A stretch of 64,000 nt of DNA from the human T2T-CHM13v2.0 reference genome, Homo sapiens, in assembly GCF_009914755.1 (NCBI RefSeq), contig NC_060934.1; one strand, written 5' to 3'. The notes beneath the pieces were generated by a model, which worked only from the letters and a program-made list of their open reading frames with translations, did not search any database and was not told the origin of the DNA. The translations under genes and the position numbers were made by a program. Every line of letters begins with the position of its first letter. The stretch's first letter is position 1. Positions 53,006 through 63,650 of the stretch are shown in pieces.

Positions 53006-55120
53006 AATCCACACGGTATTCCACATGGTATTCCAAACAATATTCCACATGGTATTTCACAATATCCCCCATAATATTCCACACAGTATTCCACACGGTA
53101 TTCACCACAATATTCCAAACAGTATTCTACAAAATATTCCACATGGTATTCCACATGGTATTCCACACGGTATTCCACAAGGTATTTCACACAATATTCC
53201 ACACGGTATTCCACACAAAATTCCACACAGTATTCCTCATGGTATTGCACACGGAATTCCACATGGTATTCCACACAATATTCCACACGATATTCCACAA
53301 GGTATTTCACATGGTATCCCACACGTTATTCCACACAATATTCCACACGGTATTCCACACAGTATTTCACATGGTTTCCCACATGGTATTCTATGCTGTA
53401 TTCCACATGGAATTCCACACAGTATTCCACACGGTATTCCACACGATATTCCACACGGTGTTCCACGCGGTATTCCACACAATATTCCACACGATATTGC
53501 ATACAATATTCCACACGGTATTCCACACGATTTTCAACACGGTATTCCACATGTTATTTCACACAATATTTCACATGGTATTCCACACGGTATTCCATGT
53601 GGTATTCCACACAGTATTTCACATGGAATTGAACACAATACTCCACATAATATTCCACATGGTATTTCACACAATATTCCACATGGTATTCCACACAATA
53701 TTCCACACAGTATTCCACAGTGTATTCCACACAGAATTCCACGTGATATTCCTCATGGTATTCCACACAATATTCCACTTGGCATTCCACATGGTATTCC
53801 ACACAATATTCCACACATTATTCCACACAGTATTTCACACAGTTTCCCACACAGTATTCTACGCTGTATTCCACACGGAATTCCACACAGTATTCCACAC
53901 GATATTCCACATGGTGTTCCACACGGTATTCCACAGAATATTCCACATGGTATTCCACACAATATTTCACATGGTATTCCACATGGTATTTCACAGAACA
54001 TTCCACACGGTATTCCACATGGTATTTCACAGAACATTCCACATGGTATTCCACAAAATATTCCACATGGTATTCCACACGGTATTCCACACGGTATTGC
54101 GCACGGTATTTCACACAGTATTGCACACAATATTCCACACAGTATTCCACGCAATATTCCACATGGTATTCCACACGGTATTTCACACAACATTCCACAT
54201 GGTATTCCACATGGTATTCAAAACAATATTCCACACAATATTCCAAACGGTATTCCACATGGTATTCCACAAGTTATTTCACACAATATTCTAAGTGGTA
54301 TTCCACACAACATTCCACACGGTATTCCACATGATATTCCACATGGAATTCCAGAGGGAAATCCACACAGTGTTCCATATGGTATTCCACACAATAATCC
54401 ACATGATATTCAACACGGTATTCCACACAACATTTCACATGGTATTCCACACGGTATTCCGCACAATATTCCACAGGATATTCAACACGGTATTTCACGT
54501 GGTATTCCACACAATATTTCACATGGTATTCCACACAATATTTCACATGGTATTCCACATGGTATTCCATGTGGTATTCCGCACAGTATTTCACAAGGAA
54601 TTCCACACAATATTCCACATGGTATTCCACACAATATTCCACATGCTATTCCACACAATATTCCACACAGTATTCCACAGTGTATTCCACACAATATTCC
54701 ACATGGAGTTCCACATGGAATTCCACATGGTATTCCTCATGGTATTCTACACAATATTCCACATGGCATTCCACACAATATTCCACACAGTATTTCACAC
54801 GGTTTCCCACACGGTATTCTATGCTGTATTCCACATGGAATTCCATACAGTATTCCACACGGTATTCTACACAATATTCCACATGGTGTTCCACACGGTA
54901 TTCCACATGGTATTCCACACAGTATTCCACATGGCATTCCACACAATATTCCACACGTTATTCCACATGGTATTCCACACGGTATTCCACGTGGTATTCC
55001 ACACAATATTCCACATGGTATTGCACCCAGCATTCCACACAGTATTTAACACAATATTTTACACGGTATTCCGCACCATATTCCACACGGTATTTTGCAC
55101 AATATTCCACATGGTATTTG
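53006..55120 (-). repeat. 12-bp minisatellite, right arm in inverted orientation (ACAYRRTATTCC)n, ~2.1 kb
   Basis: Units TATTCCACATGG / TATTCCACACGG / TATTCCACACAG / TATTCCACACAA are the reverse complement of the left-arm units. Confidence 0.97.
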
Positions 55121-55159
55121 ACGAGGTATGCCCACTGACTCTGCACAGGTCTTGAATAT

Positions 55160-55575
55160 AGTAGTGGCCTGGATTATCCTGCAGTGATCATTCACTCCCG
55201 TTCCTCCACCCCCGCTCAGGCCCATGCACTTTCCTGCCCCATTTATATTGGGCTTGGCCATGTGACTTACTCTGGTCGGTGAGGTTTTGGCAGAAGTGAT
55301 AGGGTGCCAGTTCTGAGCTTAGGCCTTAACTGGCAAGGCCTGATTTCACTCACACCTTGGGAAGCTCTGACCCCCCCACCTTGAGGGAAGCATGCCCAGT
55401 TGGCCACTGACCCTTCATCCCAGACCCAGAACAAGCCCAGCATGCTGCCGAAACAGTTGTCCAGCCCAGCACTGTGGTTGGCCTGCAGACCCTCCATCTG
55501 GAGGATGAAGACTTGCAGCTGGAGGCCACTCAGGTGGGGGATGTCTGGGTTTGCAGCATATTGAAGAGATAGGTG
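55160..55575 (+). mobile_element. MLT1H-like LTR
   Basis: GGGCTTGGCCATGTGACTT...GCAGAAGTGATAGGGTGCCAGTTCTGAGCTTAGGCCTTAA. Confidence 0.65.
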
Positions 55576-56081
55576 GGTGCCCTGGGTTATGTGTCCACCC
55601 TCAGCTAATATCTCCATTTCACCTCCAGCACTGCTCAGCTCACAGCACCTGCCTGGCATCTCTCCACGGTGTGACCTTATCCACTGTCCCAACCCTACCC
55701 CAGCTCCTCCCTGGATCCTAGACCCAGTGCTCTGCCCCTTTCTGCTCCTCCAGCTCTGACCCTACACATTCCAGCCTCATCCCCACTCAATTCTTCACAC
55801 CAGGTACAATGCAGACCTGGTTACAGACCAAAGACCCTCAGCAGAGAGGAGGGCAGGAACCCCCAGTGGGCAGGCGCCACACTTTGCATGCTCTTTCCTG
55901 AATCTTGGGAGTGGGAGGGTCAGGATTTGAACCTAGGGCCTTCTGACCACAGAATCAGAGCTTGTTTCACTAGGCGTTGTGGCAGCTGAAGTTCACATTC
56001 CTCTGAACAAGTAGACTTTCACAGCAATACAGAACCCTTGTGTTGGAAGGGAAGTAGACAGTTCCCTAGTCCAATAAATAG

Positions 56082-56150
56082 TAGGTGGATCATATGAAAT
56101 AGCCATTTTTGTAGATTAAACCAAATATTGGCAATTGCATGGGCTTACCA
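56082..56150. mobile_element. MADE2-like mariner MITE
   Basis: TAGGTGGATCATATGAAATAGCCATTTTTGTAG...AAATATTGGCAATTGCATGG; short imperfect palindromic element. Confidence 0.55.
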
Positions 56151-58254
56151 GATTCACTGCTGGTCAGACAATCAAACCCAATCCTACCTTAACTGGCCAA
56201 CATTCAGTTTGTATTTTCACTGTGTGTTTCACGAAGATTTCAAGAACTCTCAGATGCCCTGCCAGATGCTAAAATTACCTACGCACAGGACATATTCCTA
56301 GGATGCCTGTAGTAACCCTACCATCAGAAGAAAAATGGTATCACTTTGAACTACAGTCAGTTCACTTTCAGGAGCATGGATTAGATGCCAACCCTCTGCT
56401 CAGCCCTGTAAATAAACAAACAAACAAAGTAATAACAAACACACAACGTCTTCATGATCTCAGCTTTCTTCACTAATTGTTTCATAATGTGTCCCAGAAT
56501 TCAGGCCGAGTTTGAATTCCATCAAAGATACTACAATCCATTGTCTCAGATTTCGAAGCTGTTCTTTTTTCCCTTCTTAAGTATCAAGAGAGTCGTCAGT
56601 AACCACTCTCTTCTGTTGGGTTTTTAAAGACCATCCCCACCCAAATTCCTTCCTGCTGGCCCACCCTCAGGTCTGTGGATTTTCACACTGGCTGGAGGCC
56701 CTAAAGACCCTCCACTCCACCCTAGTATTGCCCAGCGCCATCCCCTTTTCACCCTGAGATGTCTTTATTAAGGAAGGAAGAGACGGGGTGCCCACCACCA
56801 TTGATGGATCGCGTGTTGTGTGCCCAGCACCGAGTTGGCCCTGGCCGTGTAGTTATTTCCAAGGATTGTCACACCACCCTGGGAGGGACAGAGGTGCTGT
56901 TGGTCTGGGTCTGTTGGACCCCAAGCCTATCCCCATCTTTACACAGAACTCAATGTCTACCCAGAACTTGACAGTTACACAGACCTCGATGGCTCTTCTC
57001 CAAATGCACTTTGGTCTCTTGAGTCTAACAAGAAGCTTCCCCTCCCTGCTAAACCAGCTTCCTGCCCCGAGCTAGAAATAGGTGGGAGCAGAATAGCTGA
57101 GTTGCCAGGAGCAGCCTGTTCCTAAGGGGCCATGGTTGGAAAAGTCACACGACCAGAGCTTCTCTCCTGCTCCGACTTCCTCCAGGTCCTTCCTGCCTTC
57201 CTTCCCACGCCAGGAACACAGCATCCACAATTAAACTGCCAGAAATAGACCGGCTTGGACCAGGGTGACAAGATGTGCTTCAAGCCTTCTGAACCCCTGC
57301 ACAGCCTGGCTCACCCACAGGGAACTAGGACGACTAATTATGGTCAGCTCAGACAAAAGGCAGAGGATGAGATGAGCCAGGTGCTTGGCCAGAAATGAGT
57401 TTCTGTCCCCGATATCTCTCCCATCCCTGCTTCCCCTCCAGACATGCTGGCACTCTGTGTCTTTGCACCAGGTCCACCTCAGCGCCCCAGGCTTCCCGTG
57501 GCTTCAGCAGTACTGAGAGTCAGAGTCTGGCTGCCCAATACCTGAGCCGTTCTGTGCTCCCTTGAAGCCCCTGTTTACAGCATCCCACCACGGGACCTGC
57601 CGATCCTGGTAGCACACACCACGACGCTCCCTCCGGAGGGACCGGCCCAGGTCAGACAGTTGGAAAGAGACTCCAGCGATGAGGCTGGAGAGGTGAACAG
57701 GGGCTGGCCACTGAGACCCTGTCACACCAGCCAAAGCTGATGGCCCAAACCACGCAACGTGTGCTTCTGAAAGACTTCCCTGGCTGCAGAGGGGAGGGGT
57801 TTGGGGTGGAAGGTGAGAGGCAGGGGCCAAGCCGGAGGCTGCATGGGGTGTGGCAGGGCCATGCTGGGCTCCCACGGCCACTCTGGACAGCCTAGGTGTC
57901 AGTCACAGGAGAGGCCCCCCGCTCCAGGCACGCTCCCCCAGCCCTCTGTCCACCAGGCCTTTCCGCAGCCCTGGGTGGGTGGCAGCCACAAGGCAGGTGG
58001 CCCTGCCTACTGCAGCGCTCCTGAGGCAGGCCCACTGCCAGGCCCATTTGCGGGGGGCCCAGCACCCCCAAAGCCAAGCACTTAGCTCTGGGGGACCTGG
58101 AGCTATGGAAGCACAGTGACAGAGTGGGTGGGGGCAAGAGGAGAGGGATAGGAAAGAGTAGTGTACAGGGAGACCCATACCCTATAAATGACAGAGGCAG
58201 CACACGGGCAGGTGTTGGGACTTCTTGCAGTTTCTCCACGGTGTATCTTGTTAC

Positions 58255-59331
58255 CCGGCCGTGGGTGACCTGTGCAGTCACACGGGACCTCACTCAGAAG
58301 GGCTGTGTTCTTGGTTTCATACTCCCCTGTTGTCATCTTGCAATTCTTAATAATTTTATATTCAAACTTGCATTTTGTAAGTGAAGTCCAGATGGGTCAA
58401 GCACATGTGGGAGCAGAGGAGGCACGTTTGAGATGCGTGTCGGCCTCAGTTTCTGCTGTCTCAGGCTCACCACGGGGCTTCCACAACACATGCACCTTGC
58501 ACGTGGGGCCCTGGGCTCAGGAGGGGCCCAGGCTTGGTTTACTATTCTGCTGTCACCATCTTGAAATTCTTAATTTCGTCTTTGAACTTGTGTCCTCTGT
58601 TCCTTGTCACTCGGTAAGCATCAAATTCTGGTGAGCCCAGGACGGGAGTTCAGTGAGACTTGCCCTGAACACAAGGACACGCTGCGTGAGCAGGACATTG
58701 ACGGACCCAAGAGGCCACACTTTCCCTTCAAACCAGAAAGCGCTTCCATCTTAGAAGAAAAACAGTGGCGTTCTTAGAAACGCGAATAACCGAGGAGACT
58801 TTATCTTATCCTTTCATACTGTCGCTTCCCCACGTTAGCCAACCACTCAGGCTGAAAATGACAACTCAGAGGGAAGGGAAAGGCAGGGCAGCCCTAGTTT
58901 CTTCCCTTCAATTCTTCCTCACTCGTCAGTGAGGCGAAGGCAGTTGAGTGTTGGCAGAATGTGACTATATCAAACAGCAAAATAAAAACAGTTGAGGGTC
59001 TCCACTATCCTGGTAAGAATGAAATACACGTGAATGCAAGAAATACAGAATGCAAGTTGTGCCATTTCAGGGACTCTGTGTATGAGTTAAATGCTCTTAC
59101 ATTTCTATTCAAAACTGACATTATGCAATGTAAAGAATGAATGGTAAAATTCATGCTAACAATTTAAATTTTTAATTTTCTTTATTTAGAACATCATTAA
59201 ATAGCAAATTTAAAATACCACGATAAGTCTAGAAAGAGACCGGAAGAAAGGAAAAGCTTTATATTTTAGTATCTTCAGAGGCACTTTTTTCCTGCTTTGC
59301 ACTGAGCTCTGCAAATTATCTACCGTTTCTG
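58255..59331 (+). mobile_element. MER45 (B-like) hAT-Tip100 non-autonomous DNA transposon
   Basis: GACCTGTGCAGTCACAC...CAGAAGGGC...CATCTTG(C/A)AATTCTTAAT (present twice) and terminal TTTGCACTGAGCTCTGCAAATTATCTACCGTTTCTG match MER45 ends. Confidence 0.75.
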
Positions 59332-59615
59332 CCTGGCCAACTCCTATTCATCCTTCAAGGCTCTACTTAGATGCCACCTCCTCCAGGAAGGCCACCCTAA
59401 CCCCAATGAAGCATTAGATGCCCTTCCTGCATGCTTCCATAATCAATAACACTATCCTCACCCCTGTGCTGAAATTGTCAATCTGGTCAGCTTTGCGGCT
59501 GGACATGATTGCCAGATTTACAGCCGTACAGAGGGCTCTCTCCCTGTCCTCAGAGCTAGCCAGGGCCTCGCACATAACAGGTGCCCCTTTCCTGTTTGCT
59601 GAATGAACAAATGGA
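59332..59615 (+). mobile_element. L2 3' end
   Basis: AACTCCTATTCATCCTTCAAGGCTC...CACCTCCTCCAGGAAG...TGTTTGCTGAATGAA. Confidence 0.75.
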
Positions 59616-60324
59616 CCAATAAAAATAAAGTGCCATATGCCAGACACCATTCTCAGCATTTTGCCCACACAACCGATGAAATGAACAGATGATGGCATCA
59701 GAATTTCTGAGAGGCCACCCCTTAGGTCAGCACTGCCCTGCACAGCAAGCTTTCCCATGTGAACGTGTGTGGTTCAACACACCTTGGGTTCTCTGCCACA
59801 GCAACCTACCTGGCCCCCTCCTGCCCTTTCTCCCTTATGTGTAGACACACATGCTGGCCAGTTGGCAAGTTCCTGGAGGGCAGCAACACAACACACCTGT
59901 ACCTGGGTCCCAAGCGCAGCCCAGAGTTATGAACAAAACCTGTGCTCATGGCTGTTAATGGGTGGGTTTATGAAAAAAAATCTAAGAGAAGACAACCTGA
60001 CCAAGGCAATTTCGACCAGGCCTATGCATTTCAAACCAAGCTACAGGGAATGCATCTCTTAAAGATGTACAAACTTTAAAAAAAAGTCTTACTATTCTTC
60101 AAAACACACTCTTGGGAAATGTCAGTATCACTTTTCACAGGATTAAAAATTGGCAAGGTGAACCTCAGATGCAGACGACAGACTGACGATCATCAGGCCC
60201 AGCTCAGCCACTATACATTAAGCCAGACTGGCTCACCAGATCAGGAACACCATTCCCAGATGGGTCTTTGGCAAATTTTCCTGTAAACATGTTCATCTTT
60301 GGGATTTTTCCCTTTCAATGAGTG

Positions 60325-60702
60325 TGTAGTAGAGACTGGCTACCAGCTCACTAATCCCATTTCTTCTTCCTGAGCACACAAGAAGACTACCTCTTCCAGC
60401 CTCCCTTGCAGTGAGCTGGAGGCCATATGCCTGGGTCTTGGCCAAAGAGATGTCAACAGAAGTGATGCATACTATTTACAGGATTGGCCATAAAATCATG
60501 TGCATGGTTGTCCATGGCAACCCCAGAGACCCTGTGTTGAAAAAGATAAAGTCATAAGATGTAAGGCGCCTAGATCCCTGAGTCATTGCCTGGACCCTCC
60601 TCAGACTGTGATGCGTGTGAGACTTAAAACTTTACTGTGTTTAGCAATTGAGATTGGAAAGCGTTTGTTATAGAAGCTAGCATCACCTGTCCTGACAAAT
60701 AC
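60325..60702 (+). mobile_element. MLT1 (I/J-like) LTR
   Basis: TTCCAGCCTCCCTTGCAG...CAGAAGTGATG...ATCCCTGAGTCA...TTTGTTATAGAAGCTAGC. Confidence 0.7.
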
Positions 60703-60714
60703 CAGGAATCCATT

Positions 60715-61200
60715 AAAATGCAAGTAAACAAAAAGGCAACCAAAGTGGTACAAACAAATATAAGGTTTATTTTTCTACGTAACAAGAAGTCTGAGAAGAG
60801 GCAGTTGAGGAGTGAATCAGCTGTTCAGGGACACAGGCTCTATCTGTTTTTCTGTTCAGCCGTTCTTAGTGTGTTGGCTTTTGTCCTAACGTTCATCAAC
60901 ACATAGTCACAAGGTGGCTGCTATACCCCTGGCATTCCATTTGCATCCCAGGCAGGAGGCCAGCTGAGTCTGTCCCACACAGCCAATTTTTTCTGACACT
61001 GCTTTGGCCAAGACCGCAGTCACCAATGAATGGCCAGCGGGGATTATATTATTATGCTTGCTTTAGTCCAATCGTGATTCGTCCCCTAGGACTGGGGTTG
61101 GGGCTTTCCTTCCCTGAGATCAGTGAATCCATGCAATTGCCTAAACAAACTGCAGCTCTGCTAGTGGGAAGAAGACAGGAGTAGAATAGATGTTGTGTGG
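60715..61200 (-). mobile_element. Old MLT1 (K/L-like) LTR
   Basis: TAACAAGAAGTCTGAG...GTCACAAGGTGGCTGCT...CATCCCAGGCAGGAGG. Confidence 0.55.
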
Positions 61201-61544
61201 TTGACAATGGCCCTCCCCAGTGGCTGGCACCTTCATATTCTTCCTTCCTTCTATCAAATCTGTTTCTCCAGAAAGGATTGCAATTAAGAGAAATCAAAGT
61301 GATGCCTGGCTGGATTATTTGGCCTTTAAATGTCTGGGTCTGGGCCTCAGCACAGCTGACCCTGGAACTGCATATCATCCTCTTGCCCAGGGGCCTGGCT
61401 AACACACAGTAAAATGATAACAGGCTAGTAATCAACCAGATAGCAGCATAACCACTCAAACTGAAGGATAGAGCTGTCCCAGGACCTAATACCCCAGGAT
61501 GGATCCTTTCCTATTTAAGATACCACTGATTGCCTTCAACTGAT

Positions 61545-62270
61545 CATTGAAAATTAGCAGAGCTATTTTAAAATTAGACTACTCAATGCTTGTAAGGATG
61601 CATAGAAATGGGCTTGATCACAGGCCGCCTGCTGTAGGGTACATCATTGCCATACATTTGGAAAGCATCCTGGCCTTATCGTGAGACTTAAATATATGCA
61701 AACCCTTTGATCTAATAATGTCACATCTAAGACTGTCTTCTAAGGAAATAATTTGAATATTGAAAAAGCTTTATGTACCAAGTTATTTCTGGCAAGATTA
61801 TTTATAATAGTGAAAGCCTAGAAACAGCCAAAATAGCCAACCCTTGGAGGACAGCCATTGACATATTTTTATTTTCTGTGTAGAATATAGTCTATGAAGG
61901 GGAAGTGACATAGATGGATGGATGGATGGACAGATGGGTGGATGGATGGATGGGTGGATGGATGGATGGATGAATGGATGGATGGATGGATGGGTGGATT
62001 TTACTCAATGACTGTTATACATTCCAAAAATATGGTGATTGCAAAGGGTTTATAAAGGGAAAATGTGCTTGGATAAAAGACATCAGTTAAAGTAATGGGT
62101 ACCATCTGATTATTAGTATATGAAAAAGGCTGAAATAAAATACTCCCAAATGTAATCATGAGTGGTGAAGGCATGGATGATTTTTATTCCTTTTTTCTAC
62201 TTTATGCATTTTTTATTTTTTATTTTATAAGCATGTACTGTTTTGTAATAAAAATTATTTTAGAAAAATA
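61545..62270 (+). mobile_element. L1ME 3' remnant
   Basis: TTTGGAAAGCA...CCCTTTGATCTAATAAT...TTATTTATAATAGTGAAAGCCTAGAAACAGCCAAAAT. Confidence 0.6.
61912..61998. repeat. (GGAT)n tetranucleotide repeat
   Basis: GATGGATGGATGG... with GGGT/GAAT interruptions. Confidence 0.92.
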
Positions 62271-62739
62271 TGAGTGTTGCTAGGTGAGCATGGAAATTGG
62301 ATGGGTTGAGGGACAGTTTGTACAGCTGGGGCAGCATTTGGAGAACCTTCCCTGCCCTGCTTTGGACCTACTCTCTGGTGACCGCAGTCCTTGTGCAGCC
62401 AACATCGGCGTCTTTCTCTCGCCGGCCTATCCCAGGGGAGCCAGCTTCTCCGGCCAAGGCCCTTCTGGCCTCAGCTGGGACACACCTTGCCTTTCTACAG
62501 GTAGTCAGCTCTGGCCACCTTGACTCATTAGTCAGGCTTGGCCCTTCCTCCAGCTCCGAGTCATCCCTTCAGGTAGTCCTCCTGCAGAGACTCGCTCTGT
62601 TGTGTTGACCTTCGTCATTCTGTTCCCAAAATGTGATGGCATTTAGCTGAATCAGCTCCAAATTCCAGGACAGCTTTTTCAAGTTCCCTATACACTGAAG
62701 AGGGAAAAGATCTCAGACATTCCTTCATTTTCATTCAAA

Positions 62740-63010
62740 ATTAAATTGGTAAGATTCATCTCTATCTTTATTGTCTGCTGTTATTCAGTTTTACTGCTCT
62801 ATAACATCCCAATGTATAAACATATCACAATGTATTCATCTATTTCTTTCTGTTGATGAGATTTGAGCTATTTTCAATGTTTTGATTCTAGGAACAACAC
62901 TGCTAGGAACAGCCTCATACACACCTAGGACAGGAATTGCCGGGTTTCCTCCCAGCAGGGCTTGTGAAGGCACAAATTTGCAAGCCATGCCAAACTGTTT
63001 TCCAAAATAG
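62740..63010 (-). mobile_element. Old L1M fragment
   Basis: TATTCATCTATTTC...GTTGATGAGATTTGAGC...GGAATTGCCGGGT...ATGCCAAACTGTTTTCCAAA; ORF 62836 contains NPAIPVLGVY. Confidence 0.65.
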
Positions 63011-63337
63011 CAATAAAATTTTGAGACAAAAAATCCAAAAAGATTATACAAACTCTGTACTATCTTCTCAATTTTTCTGTAAACCTAATATTGTTCTTTT
63101 AAAAACTTATTTTTAAAAACTTTATAGCATAATGCCCTTTTTCAAAGTTAAAAATGATGAAAAGTAACAGTCTTTTTCAGGACTGCATTGAGATGTGATC
63201 AAATGGATGGCAAGGAAACCATCAACAGGAGTCTGTTCCCTTGGGTGAGGCAAGACCGCGTGCTCAGGCACTGTCAGTGCTCCAGCCCTCTTGCAGGATG
63301 AACAAACACTCATTGGTGCTCATTAGAGTGAAATAAA

Positions 63338-63572
63338 CAGAGGGAGGGAGGGAGAGAAGGAGGGAGGGAGGGAGGGAAGAAAGGAGAGAGGGAGGGGAGG
63401 GGAGGGAGAAAGGAAGGAAAGGAAAAAAGAAGAGAAGGAAGGAAGGGAGGGAGGGAGGGAGGGAGGGAGGGAGGAAGGAAGGAGCAAGGGGGAAGGGAGG
63501 GAGAGAGAGGGGGAAGGGAGGGAGAGAGGGAGGGAGGGAGGGAGGAAGGAAAGAGGAAAGGGAAAAAGAAGA
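63338..63572. repeat. Polypurine (GGGA/GGAA)n low-complexity tract
   Basis: ~235 bp of G/A with a single C. Confidence 0.95.
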
Positions 63573-63650
63573 GTGTGTGTGCACTTGCATCTGCGCACTC
63601 GTGTGTGTGCGTGTGTGGGTGTGTGTGTGTGTACGTGAGCACATGTGTGT
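63573..63650. repeat. Imperfect (TG)n tract
   Basis: GTGTGTGTGCAC...GTGTGTGTGCGTGTGTGGGTGTGTGTGTGTGTAC. Confidence 0.85.

Noticed and set aside
52900-53100. Fold-back sequencing or assembly artefact as the cause of the inversion
   Set aside because: An artefact would give mirror-identical arms; here the arms differ right from the centre and carry different private markers. Spanning long reads are still needed to exclude a mis-join.
49178-55120. CRISPR array, classical HSat2/3 satellite, or telomere-fusion-type head-to-head repeat
   Set aside because: There are no unique spacers or cas genes and the DNA is primate. The period is 12, not the 5-bp GGAAT of HSat3. The unit is unrelated to TTAGGG.
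48999-55155. Many long overlapping ORFs (513, 452, 368, 383, 767 aa) as protein-coding genes
   Set aside because: All are 4-residue periodic translations of a 12-bp unit that is stop-free in all six frames. They overlap on both strands and show no domain or splice structure.
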